Of a DNA stretch of 33,930 nucleotides, positions 9,921 to 21,396 are shown piece after piece; the first letter of the stretch is position 1; each line of letters begins with the position of its first letter. This DNA is from Sphaeroforma arctica JP610. Its lineage: Eukaryota. Under the pieces are notes generated by a model that saw only the letters and a list, made by a program, of their open reading frames with translations, was not told the origin of the DNA and did not search any database. The stretch covers positions 20,926-54,855 of the forward strand of contig NW_014040218.1 of the NCBI RefSeq assembly GCF_001186125.1. The letters are read 5' to 3'. Made by a program: the position numbers and the translations under genes.

Positions 9921-12327
9921 ATGCAAGTCTTCCCCATATTTGCTGTGGCCGCACTTAGCTTATCTAATGTATACGCCAAAGGTATAGAGGCTAAATGGTC
10001 TGGAGCGGGCGGTGATGTGCTTCTCTCGCCATGGCAGATGCACCATGGTATCAACGCAAACGTCGATGACAGCGGCTGGCAGACTAATGCGTTTGATGCA
10101 GAAAGCGATAAAAAATGCGCAAATAGAACGATACATGGACATAAATGCTCTTACAGCAAGGCTGTGATACCACCGGAGGACTCAGAGTGGCTATACCCGC
10201 CAGATACAAAAATAATTGGAATGAAGCGTGATTCAATGTTATGTAAATTAGAAGAAGAAAAAGAACCTACGTGCTGGAAATACCTTGATTTCACTTACTT
10301 TCAGGCGTTTTTGACTATCCCAGAGCACTGTACAGTGTCCAAATTCACGATAGACTTTGATGGAATGGACGATGGTTCACAAGTTAAGGTCAATGGGGTT
10401 GAAGTTGAAGATAGCTATGTGTACCTCCGGGAAACCGGTACATCAGATTTGAAGGATCTAGTGAAGATTGGAAAAGTGAACCGAATCGTGATAACCCAGG
10501 TAGATGATTGTTGCGCGCATAACAACTTAGAAAAAGCCGTGGTGACCTTGAAGTCAAACTGTCGAATGACTACGTGCGAGTCAGTTCCTGATATATGCAA
10601 CTATCCACGATGGTTCAAGACGACCAACTTTAACGATACAGTATGCGCCGATGGAGTCTGTGACGATAAAACTTGTTGTTTACCACCTCCTGAATGTGAC
10701 AAGCAAAATGAATATCTCGATAAGGAGGGCAACTGCAACACTTGCAAAGAAGGTCAAAAACCAGACCATGACAATCTCGCATGTAATTCTTGTGCAAACG
10801 GATTGGATATCAACAAATACACAGACTGCAATTGCCATGACAACGAAGTTAACGTAAATGGTACATGCAATGCTTGCCCCGTCGGACAAAGCCCAGCAGA
10901 TGATGACGAAGTATGCGTATGCGACAATGGACTTGACACAGCAGATGACTGCGAATGTGGATCCAACGAGTATTTTAAGGAAGGAGTCTGCTACGCGTGC
11001 GATATTAACATCGAGGTGCCAGACCACGATAACCTTGTATGTGCTTGTGCAAACAGATTGGATATCAACAAATACACGGACTGCAATTGCTATGACAACG
11101 AAATATACGTAAATGGTACATGCAACGCTTGCCCCACCGGACAAAGACCAGCAGATGATGACGACGTATGCGTATGCAACAATGGACTGGACATAGCAGA
11201 CGACTGTGCCTGTCATGTAGATGAGGTGTATGCTGATGGCACCTGTGCTAAGTGCCCTGCGGGACGATCTCCCTCGAGCGATAGCAGCGTGTGCGAGTGC
11301 AATCCAACTCAGTGGAGTGAGTGGAGCACCTTCTCGGACTGTTCGCTGTTCCCCGTAGCGGGTAGCCCTAACACCAGCCTGGTGTGCACCTACACTAATG
11401 CTACCGTCGTGTTGAGCACAACACTGCTGGCTGACTACGAGCCCAACGCTTCGGAGGTTTATGCCACAGATCGTAGTACACAGGTAGCGATCACCAGCGT
11501 GACCTCTGAGGCATGTCAGGAGATGTGCGTGGCCGCCGCAGATGACGTCTGCAAGGAGGTTGGACTGTCTACAACTAACTTTGGGCGCACCACCGGCAAC
11601 TTGACAAGCGGTATGTGGCTCCCTAGTACACATTGCTCAAAACATTCGTAGGTAGATATAGATCTCAAACAATTCGTAGGTAGATATAGATTTTTACAGA
11701 TTTTGCTGTGGGGCTCAAGCCATTCGTAGTTAGACATAGACTTCGTTGCAGTGCTGAGGTATATGACACTGTGTAGAGTTTATCATGTACGCTCTCAATG
11801 TGTAGTTTTATGGCGTGCGTGGTAGACGAGACAGTTGTTACTTCGCCTTTCGGTTGGTGCTGTCTCACACCTGAACGACACACGCTTCACAAAAGGCAAG
11901 TACTGAACTCCACAGTACGAGACTACGAGCCCCGTAGAGATCTCACAAATCCCTAATCATTACGCGAATCTGCACTCACAATTCACGTTCACACCATCCA
12001 TGACTAATATGCAAATACACACTCATTCTAACGCGTTCAGGTGCTGCGCCGGTCGCTGGATGTGACGTCCTGGAGCAGATGTGCATCTGTGCGTGCGTGC
12101 CAGGAGACGACAGTAACAACACAGCCGTCATTGCCGGAGGAGTTGTGGCTGGGTCGGCTATGCTCCTGGCAGCGGTGGGGGCAGCGTACTACTTCAGACA
12201 GGGACAACAGGCCACTGAGGCAGCCGCTACAGCGAATGGGATGTTCAACGATGTGAACAACAACACAAACCCGATGTTTGACAACCCTACGGAGACGAAC
12301 TTCAATCCCGCGTATAATCCTCAGTAG
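9921..12327 (+). CDS. Cys-rich single-pass type I membrane protein (~658 aa) with integrin-beta-like NPxF/NPxY cytoplasmic tail
   Basis: Exon 1 is 9921-11610, followed by a phase-1 intron 11611-12040 (G|GTATGT...TTCTAAC..TTCAG|) and exon 2 12041-12327; splicing fuses track ORFs 9921 and 12079 in frame. Layout: signal peptide (MQVFPIFAVAALSLSNVYA), ~190-aa globular domain, Cys-rich repeats, WSEWSTFSDCS motif, TM helix VIAGGVVAGSAMLLAAVGAAYYF, tail ending NPMFDNPTETNFNPAYNPQ. Confidence 0.88.
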
Positions 12328-12544
12328 ATCAGATCAATTACTATAGCTTGGTAGATGAGATAGAATACTATAGTTTAAAGATGAGATTACTAGAGTTTAT
12401 AGATGAGATTACTAGAGTTTACTCACGTAGTCGGACGGTTGATGAGATGCATTCCTGGGGTGTCGAATACGACACCACCTGATCGAGAAGAATCGATGTT
12501 ACGATTTCACTTCACTGGCCGCCGTATGTTGTACAGCAGCGGCT

Positions 12545-12862
12545 ATAAGCAATAAACATTCTCTTGTTCAGATAAGCAATACACATACACTTGTTCAGAT
12601 AAGCAAAAAACATTCTCTTGTTCAGATAAGCAATACACATACACTAGTTCATATAAACAATACACATACACTTGTTCAAAAAAGCAATAAACATTCTCTT
12701 GTTCAGATGAACAATACACATACACTAGTTCATATAAACAATACACAAACACTTGTTCATATAAACAATACACATACACTCGTTCAAATAAGAAAAAGAA
12801 AAAAAAAACTCGTGTTCATATAAGCACTCAGCATTCTCTTGTTCATAAAAGCAATACACATA
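12545..12862. repeat. 27-bp minisatellite (ATAAGCAATACACATACACTTGTTCAG), ~11 copies
   Basis: Visible tandem array downstream of the membrane-protein gene. It explains ORF 12543-12779. Confidence 0.9.
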
Positions 12863-13795
12863 CAAGCAAAAAAAAACATACTCGCACGCACACAATCAAG
12901 CACATACCCCATTTAAACTATAAGCACACACACAATCGGGCTGTAGCCTGATCATGTGATAGAGTGGGTCCACGTGGACTGTACAACACTGCAGAGTGGT
13001 CACTGCTCCATACACCACAGGTTGACGTCTTTCACTTCTCAGCGTTGAGGGGTTGCTGTACCGAGGTAGTGTACACCATTGCATTCCGATTGACACAGTC
13101 ATACAATACAATACAATAGACGGTATGGCTGGGCCCACCCAGGAGACTCAGTCGAGGACTATGTGCAGATGGACAGTGTAGTTCGGTACATAACGGCCAC
13201 ACGAAAGTGTGCAAGGGATTTATCACACGCACATCTCAAGCGCATGCTCAGGATATTTAGCCATTCAACGTAGGTCACACTCTCGAGGGAAAGGTCTACA
13301 AAAGAACACCTAAAACAACATACAGTGCGACCATACAATTATAAGCGTGTGAGAAGAGAAGACAGTAGCACCAAGCACTGTAGTTGTTCCTGGAGATAGG
13401 GAGTGGTGGCGTCTGTCGAATGGGACACATGTACATACAACAAGAAGGCCTGAATTGCACTTCGACGGGTTGAGCCACCAGCACGCCATATCTCCACACA
13501 CGTAGGTACTCACTCACTCACTCACTCACGTGTGGGTTATACGAATCATGTGTGTGTGCGTCAGGGATTGTATGCAGGTTACGTCTGCTCAGCTGAGCGG
13601 AGGAGGTATGAGGTGTCTCGGCTTCTGAGCTCACACAACGCACATGCTGTACTTCAGTATGGCTATCCGACATATGTCTAGCGGTATCCAGGTAGTAAAC
13701 AACTCGTACATCGCACCGTTCATAAAGGCTTCGTTCCCTGCTATTGTATAACCAAGTTCATTTATTTGTATAACCAAGTTTATTTTTATCCGAGT

Positions 13796-16700
13796 TTACA
13801 TCCGGTACGGTGATCGTGATCTCTCTCTCCGTTCACCCCGGCCAGACCCACCACCGCCCATACGATAGTCTCTGTCCCCTTCCACCCTCACCTCACCTCT
13901 ATTACTACCGCCGCTATACCCACCCTCGGGACCACCCCGCGAGCCCCCAGAGCCGGCTGTATACCTACTCGACTCTCTCCCCCCCGGGCCACCTACACTA
14001 CCCCCACCCCCGTAATTACGCTCTCGGTTGGAGATCAGGGGCTCGGCCACGGACCGTCTGTCAAAAGGATCATGGTTCCGGCCGGATGAGTAGCCGCTGG
14101 AGCCACCACGCCCGCCCATGTCACGTGCACTGTACCGTTTGTTGTCGCGTGCGCCGTCGTCACGGTAGGGATCTCTGCGCCTGTGATAGAAACGGATGGT
14201 GAAGGTATGGGGGTGAGGTGGACTGGGACTTGCCGGCTACGACAAATGGAGGGGAGCTGACAAACCTTCGGAAGGTATAAGACAAACAAAACATGCGGAC
14301 ACGCGATCGATGCCTTCTTAATATGTCACAACTTGACAGACAGGACACGATGGGAAGATACGTAAGCACCAAAAATCTTAAAACAAAAACAGGTGTTATT
14401 ACATACATACCGTACTGCAACACATCGGACAAGCCATCGAAGACAGCGAGAAACTCAAACATGCACACACACACGCACACACACACACACATATATATAT
14501 TCATACACACAGATAATCACTCAACCCACAGCAGTGCTGTCTACATCACCCCGACCATACCCGTCCAGTTCGCGTTCGTAGTCGTACAGTCTATTAAGCT
14601 CCGTTGTATGAAAGTCGATCATGCGCTGTCTGTACAGTGGATCCGCCACATCCTGCATCAGTGCTGGTTGCATAGACGCCCCTACCCCACCCCTTCCCCC
14701 AAACACCCCCCCGCCATAGCCACCCGAGGCAAAGCTGTTGCGTGAATCCCTGAGATCGCGAGAGTCCCTTCTGGGTGGTCCTCCACCACCGCCTATGGAC
14801 TCGAAGCTCTTATGGCCACGGTAGCGACCGGGCGTGGGCGAGTGGGCCCTGTTACGCCTCGCCTGTGTGTAGAGAAAATGATTCCATGTGTAAGCAAAAT
14901 GATTCTTTGTAGGTACAATGACTCTATGTGTAGGTGAAATGATTCTATGTGTAGGTACAATGACTCTATGTGTAGGTACAATGACTCTATGTGTAGGTAC
15001 AATGATTCTATGTGTAGGTACAATGACTTTTATGTGTAGGTAAAATAATTCTATGTGTAGGCAAAATGATTCTATGTGTAGGCAAAATGAATATATGTGT
15101 AGGTAAAAAGATTATATGTGTAGGTAAAAAGATTCTATGTGTAGGTACAATGATTATATGTGTAGGTAAAATGATTCTATGTGGAGGTACAATGATTCTA
15201 TGTGTAGATACAATGATTCAAACGAGTCATGGACGATAGGGTGTGGTTTGGACTCGGACAGCAGAAGCAATGGAGAATGAGTTGACACAAATCGGAGATG
15301 AAGCTACTTGACTGGGTTGATCCCAGGTGGAGGTAGGGATTTGTAGAGTGCAATGGCCGGATATGTCATAAGGCGCAGATGAGAGGTAATCAAATGTGCA
15401 CTGGTTGTGAGTGAGCCTGTTCCGGCGTTGTTCGTTGTTTCGGCTAGTACGAGTCAACGTGTGAGATCCACTGGATTGTAATACCAACTAAAAACCCTAA
15501 AACCCTAAACTGCCGTCAGCCACAAATGGAGTGGCCCCACACTAACGCAGGTGGTACACGTAATCCTCCGGCAGATGGCAAACCGACGCACAGGAGAGAG
15601 TTAAGGAGTTGTCCGTTCTCATGCGCACACTACGGTTGACCGAGAAACGCAGAGGGCCTGATAGGACCAGACCAGACCACCATCAACCCAAACCAAGCAC
15701 CATAAAACCTTATGGGAAGGACAACGGAGACTGGTGGAAGTTGAATGCAGGTACACATACACACCACACATACCTTGGCGACTACAATCTGCTTGCCGTT
15801 GAGTGTGGATGAGTTGAGTTTGGCAATACACATCGCTGCAGCCTCTGCGCCGTACATGGTGACGAAGCCAAACCCTCGCGACTCCTGCGTGTGAGGGTCA
15901 CGCATCACCCGCGCAGACTTGACCTGTATGTGTATGTGGTATGCACATACGTGAGTACTCTGATGCACTGATGTGGCTGATGCCTACATACATACGTTTA
16001 CGCCTGTGTATTGAGGTGATACTAAATGAAAGGCTGTACCCAGCCTAGCTTGAAATCTGTATGCGAGACAACATGTGGCTGAGGTGATTGGATGTACGAC
16101 TACATACTTCCGAATGATTTATTTAACCAGTAGTCTGGGAACGTAACATCGAACCCCAAGCTAGCCGCACAGGAAGTGCAGAGAGATACACCGGTGCATC
16201 CCCTTGTTTGTATCAGAGTGAGTGAGTGTGTTATGTGTAAAGTCGGCGACGCCAAGGAAACGAATAACAGAACAACACCAACACCAGAACTCCCCCAGCC
16301 AACTCAAACTCGGATACACCCGTGGGGGATACACGCAGGGGTGGCCCAGGCGCCTTTGCATATCTGGGCGAAACAGCTAGCAGACACCCCCACTAACCCT
16401 ACCCCTGTACCTACCTACCAACACATCACCTACAAACACACCGTCAAACCAATCGACGTCACGAGTGTTTGGGTTACGCGTAGCCACGTGCGGCACGAGG
16501 CTATCGCAGCGCAAACCAATCAGCAGCAAGTACCACTCCACGCACACAGAGGCCATCCACAACAACTCCGCCTGAGAGCTTCCAGAGCACACACGTCGCA
16601 ACGGACTTATTACTACTACTACCTAGTACTACCACTACTGCTGATACTACTACAACTGCAACTACTACAACTACTACAACTACAACTACTGGACACGACA

Positions 16701-18743
16701 GCCCTAGCACATCTCTCGTTCGTTACCCAGCCACATCGCTCACTCCACACACGAAACATCAGTCTTTCACCAAACACTCGTCATCTCAAACACCACAGCT
16801 CACACCCCCCACACACACGTAATGTCTCCGTCCACACGCACCCGGCCATACACGGCAAAGGCTTCCTGCAGGTCGGCATCGCGTGTGCTTGGGTTGAGAG
16901 CTGTAACGTGCAGCACCTCTTCGTCACCGTCGCCACCGCCGCCTCGGCTGCCACGGTCACGATTCCTTGCGCCGTGACCGCTACCGCTGCTGTATCTTTG
17001 CCTCTCACCGCTGATTAAGTACAAAAGGGACAGGCCGTCAAACGTGTGGTTCATAATAGACAGTGACCTATGTAAAACTAGACCCCATTGCACCTGTGCT
17101 TATCACCGCTGATTAAGTACAGAAGGGACAGGCCGTTGTACGTGTGCTACATAATAGACGGTGACCTATGTAAAACTAGAACCCATTGCACCTGTGCTTA
17201 TCATCGCTGTGTACGCGCTAAAGCAAATATTAATCGATAGTGTCTGTCACGACAAAAGAGACATATACTAAGATGTGCGAGACTAAACGTAGTAACATCC
17301 TGCGCTTCGACCGCTACTACTAATGTAGCTGTGCCTGTCGCAGTTACTACCCATGTAGCTGTGCCTGTCGCAGCTTGACTACGAGGCGTGCGAGAATTCT
17401 GAGGGTACATGTGATCATCGTTTAGACTAGCTTGGCAGATAAGCTATAACTGAATGATACGATTCTTCGCATCACAACCGCTACCGCTGCGGTGCCTGTC
17501 CCTGCCACCGCGGGTGTAGTGCAAGAGACGTTCAATGGTGGATTTCAATACCGCTACTACAAGTAGGTGTTATGTTAAAGCCTGAATTTGTACCACGAAG
17601 CAACGGATAACAATCTGAAACCAGTCCAACAAACGGGGGAATCATGTCTAATTATCAACGCCGGGGATAGTTAATTGGAGTTCAGGTGCGTACTGTATGA
17701 AACGTCTGGCACCTAGACCAGGCTGAGCTAAATGCGCAGGGCGAAGCCTACACAGGTACACCCATTCACATTCATAAGACACCTCTTTCGTACACACTCC
17801 AGACAGCGACCAAGTACACGCGGGAAGCCTAACTTACAAACACTACAAAGGACAAAAGTGCACGCGAACTCGTTTCTGATACGAGCCAAATCGGAAACAC
17901 AGACCCAATAGGCGTACGAGGCAATTTGGAAACACAGACCAATTTCTGATGCGAGCCAAGTTGGAAACACAGACCAATTTCTGATACGAGCCAAATCGGA
18001 AACACAGACCAATTTATGATACGAGCCAAATCGGATACACAGACCCATTGGGCATACGAGGCAATTCGGAAACACTGACCAATTTCTGACACGAGCCAAT
18101 TCGAAAACACAGACCCATTAGGCATACGAGGCAATTTGGAGACACAGACCCATTTCTCATACGAGCCAAATCGGAAAATAGTCCCATTGGGCATAAGAGG
18201 CAATTTGGACAAACATATACATTTTTGGTACGAGCCAATTCGGAAACACAGACGCATGTGGCATACGAGCCGTATCAGAAAAGGATAATCACCCCATTCC
18301 GAATAGGCGACGGTGGGACCAAAAACGCAGCGAACACCGATACCAAGACAGGCTTAAGCTATGTCACTGTAGGTTTATGATTGATCCGTCCACACATCCG
18401 AGCCACAACCGCACCCAGACTCCCGCCCAACTCTTACCGATTACAACCAGACACAGGTACACACATCTGGCTCCACCTGCTAGTACCAGTACCATCCACA
18501 CGTGCACACATACCTCTGACCGTCATCTTCGCGGGAGTCTCCATCGAAGTCCGCTCCCTCTCGCGCAGATTCGTCTGGGCCTCCATGACCTGTATTCTGA
18601 TTGGACATAGCGTTGCTACCACCATGTTCCTCCCCGGCTGTGTGTCTACCATCGTTCTGGAAGTCGTGTGCATGTATGGGTGAACGCGAGCGTGTGCGGC
18701 TTTCCATGGCTTGGTGCGACTCCTGTGCCATGTCCTCGTCCAT
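13796..18743 (-). CDS. TRA2: Transformer-2 / SR45a-like single-RRM splicing factor (~411-421 aa)
   Basis: Phase-consistent exons 18743-18514, [candidate microexons 17206-17192 and 17108-17094], 17010-16842, 15923-15774, 14862-14561, 14180-13796. RRM with RNP2 LHVTAL and RNP1 RGFGFVTM, followed by the TRA2-type linker AKARRNRAHSPTPGRYRG. N-terminal RSRSP, Gly/Arg-rich tail ending RERSRSPYRM. Confidence 0.88.
14863..15219. repeat. 21-bp intronic minisatellite (CTATGTGTAGGTACAATGATT), ~17 copies, abutting a splice acceptor
   Basis: Visible tandem array. The terminal unit contains the TRA2-like acceptor (minus-strand CTACACACAG|14862). Confidence 0.92.
17005..17209. repeat. 98-bp tandem duplication (2 copies plus partial) of a microexon-intron unit
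   Basis: 17005-17102 and 17103-17200 are near-identical: TCACCGCTGATTAAGTAC...CCCATTGCACCTGTGCTTA. Confidence 0.9.
17876..18268. repeat. 35-bp minisatellite (TACGAGCCAAATCGGAAACACAGACCAATTTCTGA), ~11 copies
   Basis: Contiguous units of two subtypes (ending ATTTCTGA or ATTGGGCA) with no spacers, in the first intron of the TRA2-like gene. Confidence 0.92.
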
Positions 18744-18821
18744 GATGCTGATGCTGAGTTGCGGATTTGGTGTATGTGTGTTTGAATATTCATGTGAATA
18801 ATATACATATACACACACAGG

Positions 18822-18862
<41 letters not shown>

Positions 18863-21396
18863 CGAGGCGTGGTTGTTGTGCTGCTAATGAGTTGTTGTAC
18901 ATATGCGGAGAGATTGTTTGCACATGTCACATTGTTGCCTGTTGCCGTGTTCTATGTCTGCATGTGCGTGCAAGTGGTGCCAATGACCATCATACACCCC
19001 GTCCTAACTTCAGAGTCGCACGTGTGTGTGTGGCGCTGTGAAAACAGCTGCAGCCCTCTAAGCCAGAATAAGCACCACCTCGACTTCGCAACGTGTTTGC
19101 AATGCGAAGGTGACGAGTTCTCAGGCTATTGATGACTGTAGCTACCTCCATGCTCGACTTTGACAAATGTCCATGTGCGGCATTCTGAAGGTCCAGGTTT
19201 TAAAAGGTACTTAATGCTTGTGGCCCCGCAGTCAGTTTATCTCAGCTAGGAATAGTCTTGGTCTGGGAGGACCGCTACAGTCCCACACAGGAACCTTAGT
19301 ACAAACACCGAATGGGCGAAATGGATGGCTATTTGTTGAATGTTGGTGTGTTGTTGAGCTTGCACATATCTGGCTGCGTAGTTAAGTGACTGGGATAACT
19401 GTATGCGCGGTCTAGTTGCAGTGAGATGTTTTAAAATCAAAACGTTTCTAAACCGGCCTTGCCTTACGGTGCTCATACCACCTTGATGCGTAAACGTTTG
19501 GGTGGAAATATCGTTGTGCTTGTAAACTAGCGAGCCTCGAACTCATACTACGATGGATTCGAATCAAATCCGAACAGATTCTGCTGTGGTGAGTGTGGTA
19601 GTTGTGTGAGATGCCGGCAAACTAAACTAACGCTGCCAGAACAACCACGAAGTATCTGCTCCAATCCCGTCGATTTGCAAGTGCTGAAACTCTGTATGAT
19701 AAACCGTTCCGTGCTGTTGATCCTGAATGCGATGCACGTGTCTCGTTGGTACAGAGTGAGGGGACTATAACTACATATTGTTATATCGGAGTGTGGAGGA
19801 GATACTGTTCGGTACAGTCGCAGGGTGTGCATCTAGTAGTGGGACACATATCACGGGGTTGCTGCTGGTAGAGTATGTGCTTGATCGGGTTGTACCGAAC
19901 CGGTAAAGTGCACCGGAATGTATACTGATGTCTCATTGCGTTGGGCCGATTGCGTATGTACGTTTTGGGATGTTCGTGTGAATTCTGTTGGGTGGTAGCC
20001 GGGTAGACCACCGGCACAGCAACGCACGTGCTGCTGAAAACAAAGTCACACAGACTTCGCGGTATCAGACAATTAAGCGCTGTGCTGGAGCTCAATGGAG
20101 AAGCATATCACGCTTATAAGGATGCGTCAATAGCGATGTTACAAGTACACGTATGTAGCGAGTGATGCGTGTCGACGGGCGGGCTATACACAGGCAGCTG
20201 TACACTAACTCGTCCTGCGGTCCATCGCTTTCAGCACACTCTGTACCACAGCATTGTGACTCTGTACAGGGCCTTTGCTGTATAATGCCCTTGTCTTGGA
20301 CTGAACTGTATGTATCTGACTTCTTGGGGTTCGTGCGACCTAACATCTTGTATTTGCAATGTCTCATCCCGTGGTAGGCGGAATGGGATGCACACACACA
20401 CCCTCCTCAAAACAATACGATCTGAATCTGAACTCCACTGTCATACTAGCATACAACCATGCACATGCTGGGAATACCTGTGGTGCTGTGCGATGAGTGT
20501 GCGGCTGTTCTGAGTGGCAAGTCGTTTGCGGATTCCGTGTTGTTGCGCTCACCACTGCTTGCTGATGTGTTGAGTCGAAGGACGTCTTCAGATGCGATGG
20601 TCTAAAGCTACTGATTCCAGATAAAGGTGTATGTTGGATCTGATGATGTTTGTGGTAAACGGTAGTGACTAGTGGAGATGCGGATGCATGGACTATTACA
20701 ATACACTTCGACCCTGTATACTACTACAGTGTTATATTACTAGCTGCGTGTGTTTATGTATGTACAATTGATGGGACGTCCTGCAAGGTGTATGGGGTGT
20801 GAAGTACATGTATAAACTCAGTCGCTGGACAGAACGGGAATTGCGGGATAAATTTTATATTTTTAGTGTTTTTTGCTTTTATACAAAAAAATACCACGGT
20901 GACCGGAGAATCGGAGACTTCGGCGATTTTCTATTTTTAGATGGACAGCTGTCAATGGGTCATTGGCACGCCCGAGTGACACTTTGACCGATGCTCCGGT
21001 GAACCCCTCTACTTTTTAGAAACAAAAATAATATATTTATGTATGTATGTCTTAGTCAGTATTGCTACATCCTGTTTTTTTGGGGGGGCTGTAGAACTTC
21101 AGTAGAACTACTCGAGAACAACAGATGACACCAAAAGTGGATGTCACATTGGGACGGACACAAGAAGTGGACGATATAAATAACTAAATATATATGTGTG
21201 GATATGTGGTCTAAAGGCAATTTAATAATGTATACTCTCTACAAGTCACATACTTGGGTATATTTATAATATAGGCATGCCAGCAGAATCCTCAGAACCA
21301 CAATTACTATTTACAATACACTTGCAGGGTCAGGTTTTGTAACGGCACATTACACTTGCAGGGTCAAGTTTTGTAAACAACGCTGGTAGATAAAAC

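Noticed and set aside
10680..11633. 317-aa antisense ORF
   Set aside because: Shadow of the Cys-rich sense gene, with no recognisable motifs.
11611..11651. C-terminus MWLPSTHCSKHS of the 576-aa track ORF (secreted form)
   Set aside because: Read-through into an intron with a strong GTATGT donor; the spliced TM-containing form is better supported.
9921..12327. Bona fide integrin beta subunit
   Set aside because: No betaI/vWA MIDAS motif or integrin-EGF cysteine spacing was recognised; only the TM and tail resemble it.
16176..17018. 280-aa plus-strand ORF
   Set aside because: Antisense to a TRA2-like exon and intron, includes CTA/CAA simple repeats and has no protein features.
17876..18268. 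CRISPR-like array (35-bp periodicity)
   Set aside because: Units are contiguous with no unique spacers, lie in a eukaryotic intron and have no cas genes nearby; it is a minisatellite.
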